This document shows positions 7,926 through 15,805 of a stretch of 19,881 nt of DNA, one piece after another (the stretch's first letter is position 1; each line of letters begins with the position of its first letter). Source of the DNA: Dehalococcoidia bacterium (GTDB lineage: Bacteria > Chloroflexota > Dehalococcoidia > UBA2247 > RBG-13-53-26); assembly GCA_041478915.1 (NCBI GenBank), contig JBGOXA010000003.1:1-19881 (forward strand), written 5' to 3'. Below the pieces are notes generated by a model. That model worked only from the letters and a program-made list of their open reading frames with translations. It did not search any database and was not told the origin of the DNA. The position numbers were made by a program, and so were the translations under genes.

Positions 7926-8753
7926 ATGGCTTATAAGAACCTGGAGTTTGAATGCCGCGACCATATTGGCTGGCTGACTTTCAACCGCCCTGACCGACTG
8001 AACGCCTTGTCCCTGGAGATGGCTGGGGAATTGCGGCATTTCTTCGCTAGCCTGGAGGAACATCTGGATGCGCGTGTGGTCATCGTCAGAGGCGCGGGAC
8101 GGGCCTTTTGTGCTGGTTTCGACGTGTCAGGCCTCTCTGGCGGGATGGCAAAGATTGACTCAGCGACGACAATGCCCACTGGAGCCGTGACTCACGGCCA
8201 CATGGTGCAGCGGCTGATGAATGATGTGGTAATCAAGATGCGTCAAGCGCCACAGCCCCTCATTGGCGCCATTCGAGGTGTGGCTGTTGGAGGTGGCTTT
8301 ACTCTGGCTATGGGCTGCGATGTGCGCCTGGCTGGTGAAACGGCTCGCTTTAATGCTGCCAACATTCGCATCGGGTACACTGGAGCCGACATGGGGTCCT
8401 CCTATTTTCTACCCCGGCTCATTGGCCTATCACGGGCCGCTGAGTACATGTACACTGGTCGCATCTTGGATGCCGCTACCGCCGAGCGCATTGGCTTCGT
8501 ATCTCGGGTAGTGCCTGACGATGAGCTGGATCAGGCTGCCATGGCACTCGCTGAGGAGATGCTTCACGCAACGCCTCTAGCACTGAGGCTGACAAAAGAG
8601 TTACTCAATATCAATGTTGATGCCCCCAGCCTCATGGCAGCTACCCAAATGGAAGCTGGCAGCCAGCTTCTCTGCGGTATGAGTGAAGATGCCCAAGAGG
8701 CAATTAAGGCAGCCTACTTCGAAAAGCGCCCGCCGTTGTATCAGGATCGCTAG
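7926..8753 (+). CDS. enoyl-CoA hydratase/isomerase (crotonase) superfamily protein, probably not a hydratase
   Basis: 275 aa with WLTFNRPDRLNALS, FCAGFD and GAIRGVAVGGGFTLAMGCDVRLA (oxyanion-hole region). The canonical catalytic Glu positions are Thr and Asn (see findings). Confidence 0.85.
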   Translation: MAYKNLEFECRDHIGWLTFNRPDRLNALSLEMAGELRHFFASLEEHLDARVVIVRGAGRAFCAGFDVSGLSGGMAKIDSATTMPTGAVTHGHMVQRLMNDVVIKMRQAPQPLIGAIRGVAVGGGFTLAMGCDVRLAGETARFNAANIRIGYTGADMGSSYFLPRLIGLSRAAEYMYTGRILDAATAERIGFVSRVVPDDELDQAAMALAEEMLHATPLALRLTKELLNINVDAPSLMAATQMEAGSQLLCGMSEDAQEAIKAAYFEKRPPLYQDR

Positions 8754-8839
8754 GTTCAACAGTGTGCTCTAGCTCATCTTGCCATTTGTGGCTTGACGTG
8801 GCAGGCTTATCTATCGGCAGCGCTCTTTGGCTTTGGAGC

Positions 8840-9877
8840 CTATTCCCCACTCGGGGGGACGTCTGTCAGCTTGTACATGCTTAGGCCGCCCCTCTCTTCC
8901 ATGACCACCTGGCCGCGGCTCTCCAGAAATTGAAGATGGGCCAGGGTTTCCCGCACAGCCAGGAGGTGATTAGTGGCGTCCATCTCTTCCCAAGGGCCCA
9001 CGTCCCAGTGCACCTTACTCGCCAGGTCCCAGGGGGTTGAGGGACGGTCGGACAATCCTGCCAGCACCTCTGCGAGGCGCTGCCGGTGATGCTCCAGGAT
9101 CTCATCTACTCTCCGCGCCAGATGACTAAAAGGCCTCTCATGGGCCGGCAGGACCAGTTCCGCGTCCATGGATCGAACATTTCTCAAAGCCTCTAGAAAC
9201 TGACCAAGCTGGTTATAGCTGGTGAGGTGGCTGGGGGAGACGTGAGGGGTGATCTCAGGGAGAACATGGTCACCAGAAAAGAGCACCTTGCTCTTTTCAT
9301 CATAGAGGCACATGTGTCCAGGGCTATGGCCCGGGGTGAGGATAGCTCGCAGGTGCCCATCCCCTCCCAGTGCGTTCTCCTCACCCTGAAAGACTATATC
9401 GGGCTCTAGCCCCCTGGGGAACAGCGTTCTGCCGAAGCTGGCCATTTGGTAGAATCTATCCAGCTCCAACGGTGGCACGCCCAGGCTCCCTGACCATTGC
9501 ACCAGCCCATCCAGGGTCCATGTTTCGGTTGGGCTGACAGCATGCTGCAGGATGTCCCAATCCTGCTGATGGATTATCACTTTAGCCCCAGAAGCCGCCT
9601 GGATACGCAACGCCAGCCCGCTGTGGTCGGGGTGGTAATGGGTGATAAACAGCCATTTAATGTCCTTAAAGGGGATGCCCAGCGCCTGTAGCTGTCGGCG
9701 CAAAGATTCAAAACAGCTATCGTCGTTAAAGCCGCAGTCCACCATCAACCAACCATCCCTTTCTTCTATCAGATAGCACAGCGTACCAAAAGACTCGTCC
9801 TGCGCCGCAAGCTGAGGGAGACATGGGACATCCACCATGTAGATCCCCGGGAGTATCTGACGAGGTTTTTCTTTCAT
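8840..9877 (-). CDS. MBL-fold metallo-hydrolase with C-terminal helical/winged-helix-like extension
   Basis: 345 aa with the metal motif ITHYHPDHSG, later TPGHSPGH and GDHV. The substrate cannot be inferred. Confidence 0.85.
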   Translation of the reverse strand: MKEKPRQILPGIYMVDVPCLPQLAAQDESFGTLCYLIEERDGWLMVDCGFNDDSCFESLRRQLQALGIPFKDIKWLFITHYHPDHSGLALRIQAASGAKVIIHQQDWDILQHAVSPTETWTLDGLVQWSGSLGVPPLELDRFYQMASFGRTLFPRGLEPDIVFQGEENALGGDGHLRAILTPGHSPGHMCLYDEKSKVLFSGDHVLPEITPHVSPSHLTSYNQLGQFLEALRNVRSMDAELVLPAHERPFSHLARRVDEILEHHRQRLAEVLAGLSDRPSTPWDLASKVHWDVGPWEEMDATNHLLAVRETLAHLQFLESRGQVVMEERGGLSMYKLTDVPPSGE

Positions 9878-10023
9878 TCACTCAGGCCACAAAGTTAGAA
9901 TCTTCCTGGTGTATGAAAAGTTTACCACATTCTCACTAGTGGCGCAGCAGCCGGATAAGAGTAGGGTTGAAAATAGGGTAAGGCGCGTCACCTGCACGGG
10001 CAAGAAGCCTTTTCGGTTCTGCG

Positions 10024-10185
10024 TCAATAACTGTGATAGTGCCTCATGCAGCTTTGGGCATATAGCCCCCTTCCGTTCGTCAGGAGGATTCTCTGTCTGA
10101 AGTTGGCCACATTGCGATAGCCATAGGCCACCCTCTTTATCACCTTGATACGGTTGTTCTTGACCTCCAAGAAGCCATTGAGGTA
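10024..10185 (-). pseudogene. C-terminal fragment of an ISL3-family transposase
   Basis: Reads NGFLEVKNNRIKVIKRVAYGYRNVANFRQRILL followed by a stop. This matches the conserved C-terminal block of ISL3 transposases (xNGxxEGxNNKIKxxKRxAYGxRNxxNFxxRIL) as I recall it. About 350 N-terminal residues are absent. Confidence 0.6.
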
Positions 10186-10195
10186 TAGGACGCAA

Positions 10196-10438
10196 TTGAC
10201 CGTCACCGATAGGGATGATGGTCTTGATGGTGACCTGTCACTCATCGTAGATTACCTCATCCACTAACAGGTGAAGTAGTTCTCGGCGCTGCTGGAAGTC
10301 CATGACCTCCAAGCCCTGGGTGAGCCTCTTGGCCAACGCTTGCACCTGCCCTTGGTAGCTCAGGGCCTTGTGCAAGTGGGCTAGGATTTTGTAGCTGATC
10401 TTCTCTCTTGATCCTAGCCTGGGCGATGGCCTTGACCT
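10196..10438 (-). pseudogene. degenerate 3' fragment of a large serine-recombinase-like gene
   Basis: The frame reads ...LAKRLTQGLEVMDFQQRRELLHLLVDEVIYDE*QVTIKTIIPIGDGQL, with an internal TGA at 10240-10238. This resembles the C-terminal tail of large serine recombinases (LDFexrRxLLrlLVdxVxv...). No catalytic N-terminal domain is present, and it abuts the ISL3 fragment directly. Confidence 0.4.
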
Positions 10439-10653
10439 TCAAAGGATGGTGACCTCCTCCACCAGCTCATCACCGTCCAGTTCCGCGTGGCCTCCAGCAG
10501 CGCTCTGAACCCAACTCCCCATCCCAGATATGTAGCGCTGTGCACCTGACGACGCCTCAGAAATTGCTGTGACGCTCTGTTTACCCACCAAACACTCAGG
10601 AGACGATATCACTCAAACTGATTGCCTCTAGACGCACCAGCCAGTCTGCAAGC

Positions 10654-11619
10654 TCATGGTTTTACAAGGACGCCCACCTCTTTTCGTTCCAGCAGGGCTC
10701 TCATGGCTTCGTTGATCTTCTCTAGAGGTACGATGGACGAGTATAGAGCATCCAAATTGACACGCCCCGATTCAACCAGTGTGACGCCAAGCAGAAATAG
10801 GTTATCCATGCCTTGTACGCCTTGGAGGTCCAGGCTCTTGAGCATGACAGTATTGAAGTCGATCCTAGGAGTGTGTTCGTAAGCCGATACAATCACACCT
10901 TGGCCATGGAAGGGAAGCATTTCGACCAGTTCATGAAGGGCTTCGTGGTTTCCGCTGCATTCGAACACGATGTCCGGACCCCGCCCACTTGTCAGTTCCC
11001 TGACCTGTTCCACAGGATCCTCCTTGTTTACATTGATCACCTCGTCCGCGCCCAGTTCCTTGGCAATCGCAAGCCTATGTTCGGACATCTCTGTAATAAT
11101 AGTTTTGCTGACACCAGCTACGCGCACGCATTGGAGGACTAGTAGCCCAATAGTCCCGGCCCCCTGCACTACCACAACATCCCCAAGCCGTACTCGCGAC
11201 TTTTTGACGGCATTGAGCGCCACGTTCAAAGGTTCCAGGTAGGCAGCTTGTTCATACGTTATCGAATTCGGCAATGGCTGGGCCCACTGGTGCAACACAT
11301 ATTCCGCATATCCCTCTCCCGGCCCCTGCAACGCGACTCGATCCCCCACCTTGCAACATGTGACACCTTCACCCGTCTCTACTACATCCCCAGAGATTTG
11401 ATGGCCAATGACCGCATGGATAGGAATCCCCATGACCTTGCTGAAACTGTCAGCCAGAGGATCCGCTCCGGGGACCTTGTTGTATTTGTATATGTGCACG
11501 TCGGATCCACAGATCGAACAGTAGCGAACCTTGACCAGGATTAGTCCAGGCCCAACTTCAGGCTTGGGCATGTCCCGGATCACGAAGTTGTACGCGCCTT
11601 CGAAAACTGCCTTTTTCAT
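10654..11619 (-). CDS. zinc-type medium-chain dehydrogenase/reductase (sorbitol/threonine-dehydrogenase-like), short form, copy A
   Basis: 321 aa with CSICGSDVH (catalytic Zn Cys), GHQ in place of GHE, LEPLNVALNAV, and the Rossmann motif VVVQGAGTIGL with TE at the end of beta-2. The structural-zinc Cys lobe is absent. It is a paralog of 14684-15649. Confidence 0.85.
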   Translation of the reverse strand: MKKAVFEGAYNFVIRDMPKPEVGPGLILVKVRYCSICGSDVHIYKYNKVPGADPLADSFSKVMGIPIHAVIGHQISGDVVETGEGVTCCKVGDRVALQGPGEGYAEYVLHQWAQPLPNSITYEQAAYLEPLNVALNAVKKSRVRLGDVVVVQGAGTIGLLVLQCVRVAGVSKTIITEMSEHRLAIAKELGADEVINVNKEDPVEQVRELTSGRGPDIVFECSGNHEALHELVEMLPFHGQGVIVSAYEHTPRIDFNTVMLKSLDLQGVQGMDNLFLLGVTLVESGRVNLDALYSSIVPLEKINEAMRALLERKEVGVLVKP

Positions 11620-11833
11620 GGTTTTCCCCCTGTATCAGGGCAGGTGAGGCAAAGAGCTACGTTGAGCCTCTGACCCTTTCCTGCTCCGTCTTCTGTGGTC
11701 TGGCTAGGCCTATCTTGAGGCACCTCTTCATGCCCCCTCCATCGATTGATTTACAGAACGCCCTGTCGACTCCTTATCGCCGCGTTTGGCCCATCGTGAG
11801 TCTTTCTGTACTCCTGTGTGCTCGTCCCTCGAA

Positions 11834-14077
11834 TCAGCCGCAGCCAATGATCTTCTCCACCTCTACCAAAGCCGTGTTGTAGGCAAATGCTCCTCCTGGC
11901 GAAGGTTCATCGTTCGTTAAAACGTTGGCACATCCTCCCCTGTCTACCCCGTTGCCATCGGGGTCATACCATGCGCCTTGCGGAACATCAATCACGCCTG
12001 GCATGATCCTCTCGGTTACCCTGGCACGAATGACAACCTCACCCCTGTCGTTGAAGACTCTGACTGTCTCGCCGTCCTGGATATCCCTATTGCGGGCATC
12101 TTCCGGGTTGATCAAGGCAGCCTGCTTCTGAAGCTCCCTCAGCCAGGGCACAGTCTCAAACTGGGCGTTGGTGCGTCTCTTGAAATGGGTGCTTATGAGT
12201 TGCAGCGGGTATTTCTTGACAAGAGGATCATTTCGGCTTTCCCAGGTCTCAATATACTTCGGGATCGGTAGCGCGAGTGGATCACCAATATCCGCAATTC
12301 GCTGCGAATAAATCTCAATCTTTCCCGATGGGGTGGGGAATGGGTTGTTGGCCGGATCCTCTATTTGGCTCTTGAAGGCTACGTGCGGCTCCGGGAGGTT
12401 CAACCAGTGGACTGCTTTCTGCGTCCACACGTCATAGTCAGGGATAGCATTCAGTTGGGCCCTATATCTGAGTAGCTCCTCCTCGCTTTTGTCTAGGAAG
12501 CCAGTGATGCCCATCCTTTCTGCAAGCTCAGCCGTAATCTGCAAGGGCGACTTTGATTCACCCAGTGGTTCGATCACCTTGTTCTGCTTGCCTATGAACG
12601 CCAACCCCTGCCCATAGGCCATATCCTCCCTCTCCATGAACGTATTCACCGGCAGCACGATATCGGCGTACTTCGCCGTCGCCGTCATCACCTGCTCCTC
12701 AACAACAATGAACTCCAATGATTGCGACTGCAAGGCCCTGACGATCTTGTTGACATTGGGAAAGGAATTAACGTAATTAGCCTTTTTCACGTAGAGCAGC
12801 TTGTAGTCGGTGAAATACCCTCCAGCTCGCCCGGTAAGAATGGCATCGGCGATCTTGGCCACATGTACTCTGGGTTCCCTTCCCAGAGCGAATTCGACAA
12901 GCACTCCTTCTGGCCTACCGGGAAGACCCTGCTCCAATGGATTCGGCATAAAGTCCCACAATTCGAGACTGGATAACACGGGAGGCAAAAGGTACGGGAA
13001 TCCTGAGAGTGGCCCGCCCTGAAACATGGCTGCTGCGTTCCCCCCACGAATGCCAACGTTACCAGTCATGGCCGCAAGCGTAATGGCCGCACGATGGTAT
13101 TGCTCCCCATAGGCAGTGCGACCGGGAGCGTTGCTGGCTAACAGCGCCGCTGGTTTAACTGTGGCGTACTTCCTGGCCAGAGTCTCGATAGTGGCTGAAG
13201 GCACCCCTGTGATCTCTTCTGCCCACGCTGGCGTCTTGGGCACCCCGTCTTCCGCGCCCGTGACGTAGTCTTTGTATCGGTCAAAACCGACGGTGTACGT
13301 CTCCAGGAACTTCTCGTCGTGGAGACGCTCCTTGATCATCACATACGCCATTGCAATCAGCATCGCGGCATCGGTACCGGGCCTAATCGGTATCCATTCA
13401 TCCGCTAGGGCGGCTGCCGTGTCTGTAAATCTTGGGTCGACCGCCACGGTTCTGGCTCCCGCTTCCCTGGCCCGGGCCAGGTACCAACAGGTGTTGGTGC
13501 CGCAGATAGTGTCCGCCGGATTGGTGCCCCATAGAATGATGAGCCTGGAGTTGAGCAGATCATCCGAAGTGTTGGAAGTATCGAGAGTTCCATAGGTGAA
13601 TATGGCAGAATAAAGGGCCGCGTTGAAGGATGCTGCACCCCAGTACATGGTAAAGCCACCCGCCATGTTCAGTAGCTTTTCCAGCGCTCCCCAACCCGTT
13701 AAGGAAGCAGTATCACCAGGCATTTGCACCATAAGGATAGACGCTGGACCATAAGTGTCCCTGACTCTTTTTAGCTCCCCGGCTACTGTGTCCAGGGCTT
13801 CATCCCATGAGATCCGCTCAAATCTACCTTCCCCCCTGGCACCCACCCGCTTTAGCGGGTACAGAATGCGTCCGGGGTCGTAAATCCTCTGCCGATAGGC
13901 CCGCCCTCGAAGGCAACCTCTCAACTGAGGCTCTTTCCCATCGTCGGTCTCTATTCTGGTGATAACGCCATCCTTCACGTGAACCTTCAGCAGACACACC
14001 CCCCCGCAATGGCTGGAACAGGTGGTCGGTATCACCTGTTCCTTTTCAACCCGTGTATCGCTCCTGTCGTCGGTCAT
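11834..14077 (-). CDS. DmsA-type molybdopterin (bis-MGD) oxidoreductase catalytic subunit, no Tat signal
   Basis: 747 aa. Has the N-terminal Cys group CSSHCGGVC...GCLRG (FS0-type 4Fe-4S), LYPLKRVGARGEGRFERISWDEA, ILWGTNPA, VDPRFTDTA, and a C-terminal barrel domain (VRVFNDRGEVVIRARVTERIMPGVI). AAGGAGG lies 7 nt upstream of the ATG. The N-terminus MTDDRSDTRVEKEQ has no RRxF motif. Confidence 0.9.
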   Translation of the reverse strand: MTDDRSDTRVEKEQVIPTTCSSHCGGVCLLKVHVKDGVITRIETDDGKEPQLRGCLRGRAYRQRIYDPGRILYPLKRVGARGEGRFERISWDEALDTVAGELKRVRDTYGPASILMVQMPGDTASLTGWGALEKLLNMAGGFTMYWGAASFNAALYSAIFTYGTLDTSNTSDDLLNSRLIILWGTNPADTICGTNTCWYLARAREAGARTVAVDPRFTDTAAALADEWIPIRPGTDAAMLIAMAYVMIKERLHDEKFLETYTVGFDRYKDYVTGAEDGVPKTPAWAEEITGVPSATIETLARKYATVKPAALLASNAPGRTAYGEQYHRAAITLAAMTGNVGIRGGNAAAMFQGGPLSGFPYLLPPVLSSLELWDFMPNPLEQGLPGRPEGVLVEFALGREPRVHVAKIADAILTGRAGGYFTDYKLLYVKKANYVNSFPNVNKIVRALQSQSLEFIVVEEQVMTATAKYADIVLPVNTFMEREDMAYGQGLAFIGKQNKVIEPLGESKSPLQITAELAERMGITGFLDKSEEELLRYRAQLNAIPDYDVWTQKAVHWLNLPEPHVAFKSQIEDPANNPFPTPSGKIEIYSQRIADIGDPLALPIPKYIETWESRNDPLVKKYPLQLISTHFKRRTNAQFETVPWLRELQKQAALINPEDARNRDIQDGETVRVFNDRGEVVIRARVTERIMPGVIDVPQGAWYDPDGNGVDRGGCANVLTNDEPSPGGAFAYNTALVEVEKIIGCG

Positions 14078-14154
14078 CTTCTCGCCTCCTTTGAATTCTG
14101 AGGTTGTTCGGGAACGAGGCCCGCCCAGCTAGCCCCCGATCATTCTCCAATTTA

Positions 14155-14619
14155 TCATACGCCTCGAAACTCGTATAGCTCCAGCGTAACCCCATTCGTC
14201 TTTTCGCCGACCACGTAGGCGGCGCGCACCCCGAATTCTGGCAAATGTCCCTGAAACACAGGCTCGATGCCTACCCTAGCTAGGCGCGCCAGCACGCTAT
14301 CAAGATCGTCTACGCCCCGACAGCACAGATGCTGGATTCCCTCCCCCTTTTCCCTGAGAAACACGGAGTGGGGGGTTTCACCCTCCAAGACCTCGATCAA
14401 TTCGATCTGAACAGGATCGTACGAACTGAGGGCAACTCTTATTCGAGCATTGCATGCCCGGCCGCGATAGATGAAGTCTTTCAGGTCGAGTTCAAAGAAA
14501 CCAAAGGGTCCCCAGCCCAAGGTATTGGTGTAGTAGTCTACCGCTGCGTCCAGATCCTTCACTACGATGCCTATCTGCTCTATCGGGGGCAATTTCAGTT
14601 TGGATGTCTCCTCTCCCAT
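14155..14619 (-). CDS. VOC (glyoxalase/bleomycin-resistance/dioxygenase) family protein, methylmalonyl-CoA-epimerase-like size
   Basis: 154 aa with IEQIGIVVKDLDAAVDYY (beta-1/helix), IELIE, IQHLC and VTLELYE, the paired beta-alpha-beta-beta-beta modules. GAAGGAGG lies 8 nt upstream of the ATG. Confidence 0.8.
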   Translation of the reverse strand: MGEETSKLKLPPIEQIGIVVKDLDAAVDYYTNTLGWGPFGFFELDLKDFIYRGRACNARIRVALSSYDPVQIELIEVLEGETPHSVFLREKGEGIQHLCCRGVDDLDSVLARLARVGIEPVFQGHLPEFGVRAAYVVGEKTNGVTLELYEFRGV

Positions 14620-14683
14620 TGGATCAGCACCTCCTTCTATGTAATGGTCCTCGTTGAAAGACCGGAGACCGGCATTACCGTTG

Positions 14684-15649
14684 TTATGGTTCTACGATGA
14701 CTCCAACCTCTTTTCCTTCCAATAAAGCCTTCATGGCTTCGTTGATCTTCTCCAAAGGTACGATTGATGAGTACAGTGGATCCATCTTGATACGCCCGGA
14801 TTGGATCAAGGCGATGCCGATCGGCATGAGGTTGTCCGCGCCAAGTACTCCCTGGATATCCAAGCTCTTGATCATGACAGTATTGTAGTCGATGTTAGCA
14901 AGATGCTCGTAACTTGCCACAATCATCCCCTGGCCGTGGAAGGGAAGCATCTCGACCATTTTCTCAAGGGCTTCGTGATTCCCAGTGCATTCAAACACGA
15001 TACTCGGACCCAAGCCACCTGTCAGCTCTGTGACCCGTTCTACAGGATCCACTTCCCTTACATTAATCACCTCGTCCGCGCCCAATTCTCTGGCCATCTT
15101 GAGCCTGGGTTCAGACATCTCGGTGACAATAACCTTTGCGGCGCCGGCGGCTCGCGCGCATTGGAGAACTGACAGGCCGATAGTTCCAGCTCCCTGTACA
15201 ACAACAATATCCCCAAGTCCTAGCCGCGATTTCTTAACCGCATTGAGCGCCACGTTCAAGGGTTCTAAATAGGCCGCTTGTTCATACGTTATCGAATCCG
15301 GCACGGGCTGGGCCAAGTGGGTTACGACATATTCCGCATATCCCTCCCCCGGACCCTGCAATGCCACTCGATCCCCCACCTTACAGTACGTCACACCTTC
15401 GCCCGTCTCTACTACATCCCCAGAGATTTGATGCCCAATGACCGAATGAATGGGTATCCCGAAGGCTTTGCGGAAACTATCAGCCAAGGGATCCACTCCC
15501 ACTACCTTGTCGTACTTATACAGGTGGACGTCCGATCCGCAGATTGAACAGTAGCGGACCTTAACTAGCGTCTGTCCAGGGCCAACTTCAGGTTTGGGCA
15601 CATCCTTGATCACAAAATTATACGCGCCTTCAAAAACTGCCCTTTTCAT
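14684..15649 (-). CDS. zinc-type medium-chain dehydrogenase/reductase, short form, copy B
   Basis: 321 aa, aligning without gaps to 10654-11619 (249/321 identical by manual count). It has the same CSICGSDVH, GHQ, LEPLNVALNAV and GAGTIGL motifs. AAGGAGGGAG lies upstream of the ATG. Confidence 0.85.
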   Translation of the reverse strand: MKRAVFEGAYNFVIKDVPKPEVGPGQTLVKVRYCSICGSDVHLYKYDKVVGVDPLADSFRKAFGIPIHSVIGHQISGDVVETGEGVTYCKVGDRVALQGPGEGYAEYVVTHLAQPVPDSITYEQAAYLEPLNVALNAVKKSRLGLGDIVVVQGAGTIGLSVLQCARAAGAAKVIVTEMSEPRLKMARELGADEVINVREVDPVERVTELTGGLGPSIVFECTGNHEALEKMVEMLPFHGQGMIVASYEHLANIDYNTVMIKSLDIQGVLGADNLMPIGIALIQSGRIKMDPLYSSIVPLEKINEAMKALLEGKEVGVIVEP

Positions 15650-15805
15650 TTCTCCCTCCTTTCTGGGTTAGGCTTTTTGGTCTAGCGCTCTTGACCCGGA
15701 TTTCTCACCAGTCTGATTGGTTCACTTGCAAACTGTGAAGTCGCACCCCGGCAACAGATCCCATCATCACGGGATCCCAAGCCGCGACCTGCCCACGCAG
15801 GCTGT

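Noticed and set aside
6870-8063. ORF-track entries 6870-7178(-), 7106-7288(-), 7116-7352(+), 7349-7543(-), 7474-7722(-) and 7764-8063(-).
   Set aside because: Products are Pro/Ser/Thr-rich or Arg/Gly-rich, as expected from translating strongly purine/pyrimidine-skewed DNA. They have no SD sequences, they overlap one another, and the last one overlaps the well-supported crotonase gene.
9878-10442. ORFs 9878-10195(-), 9909-10100(+) and 10257-10442(-) as real genes.
   Set aside because: They are read-through frames of the transposase and recombinase debris, with no starts carrying an SD and no coherent domains.
10813-15547. Antisense plus-strand ORFs recurring in both MDR copies: 10813-11142, 10970-11242 and 11248-11544 versus 14801-15172, 14985-15272 and 15278-15547.
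   Set aside because: Their apparent conservation simply follows from the duplication of the minus-strand MDR gene. They have no independent signals and their products are compositionally odd. The same reasoning applies to antisense ORFs inside dxs, hisA, the DUF1385 gene, the Mo-enzyme gene, the SDRs and the SBP gene.
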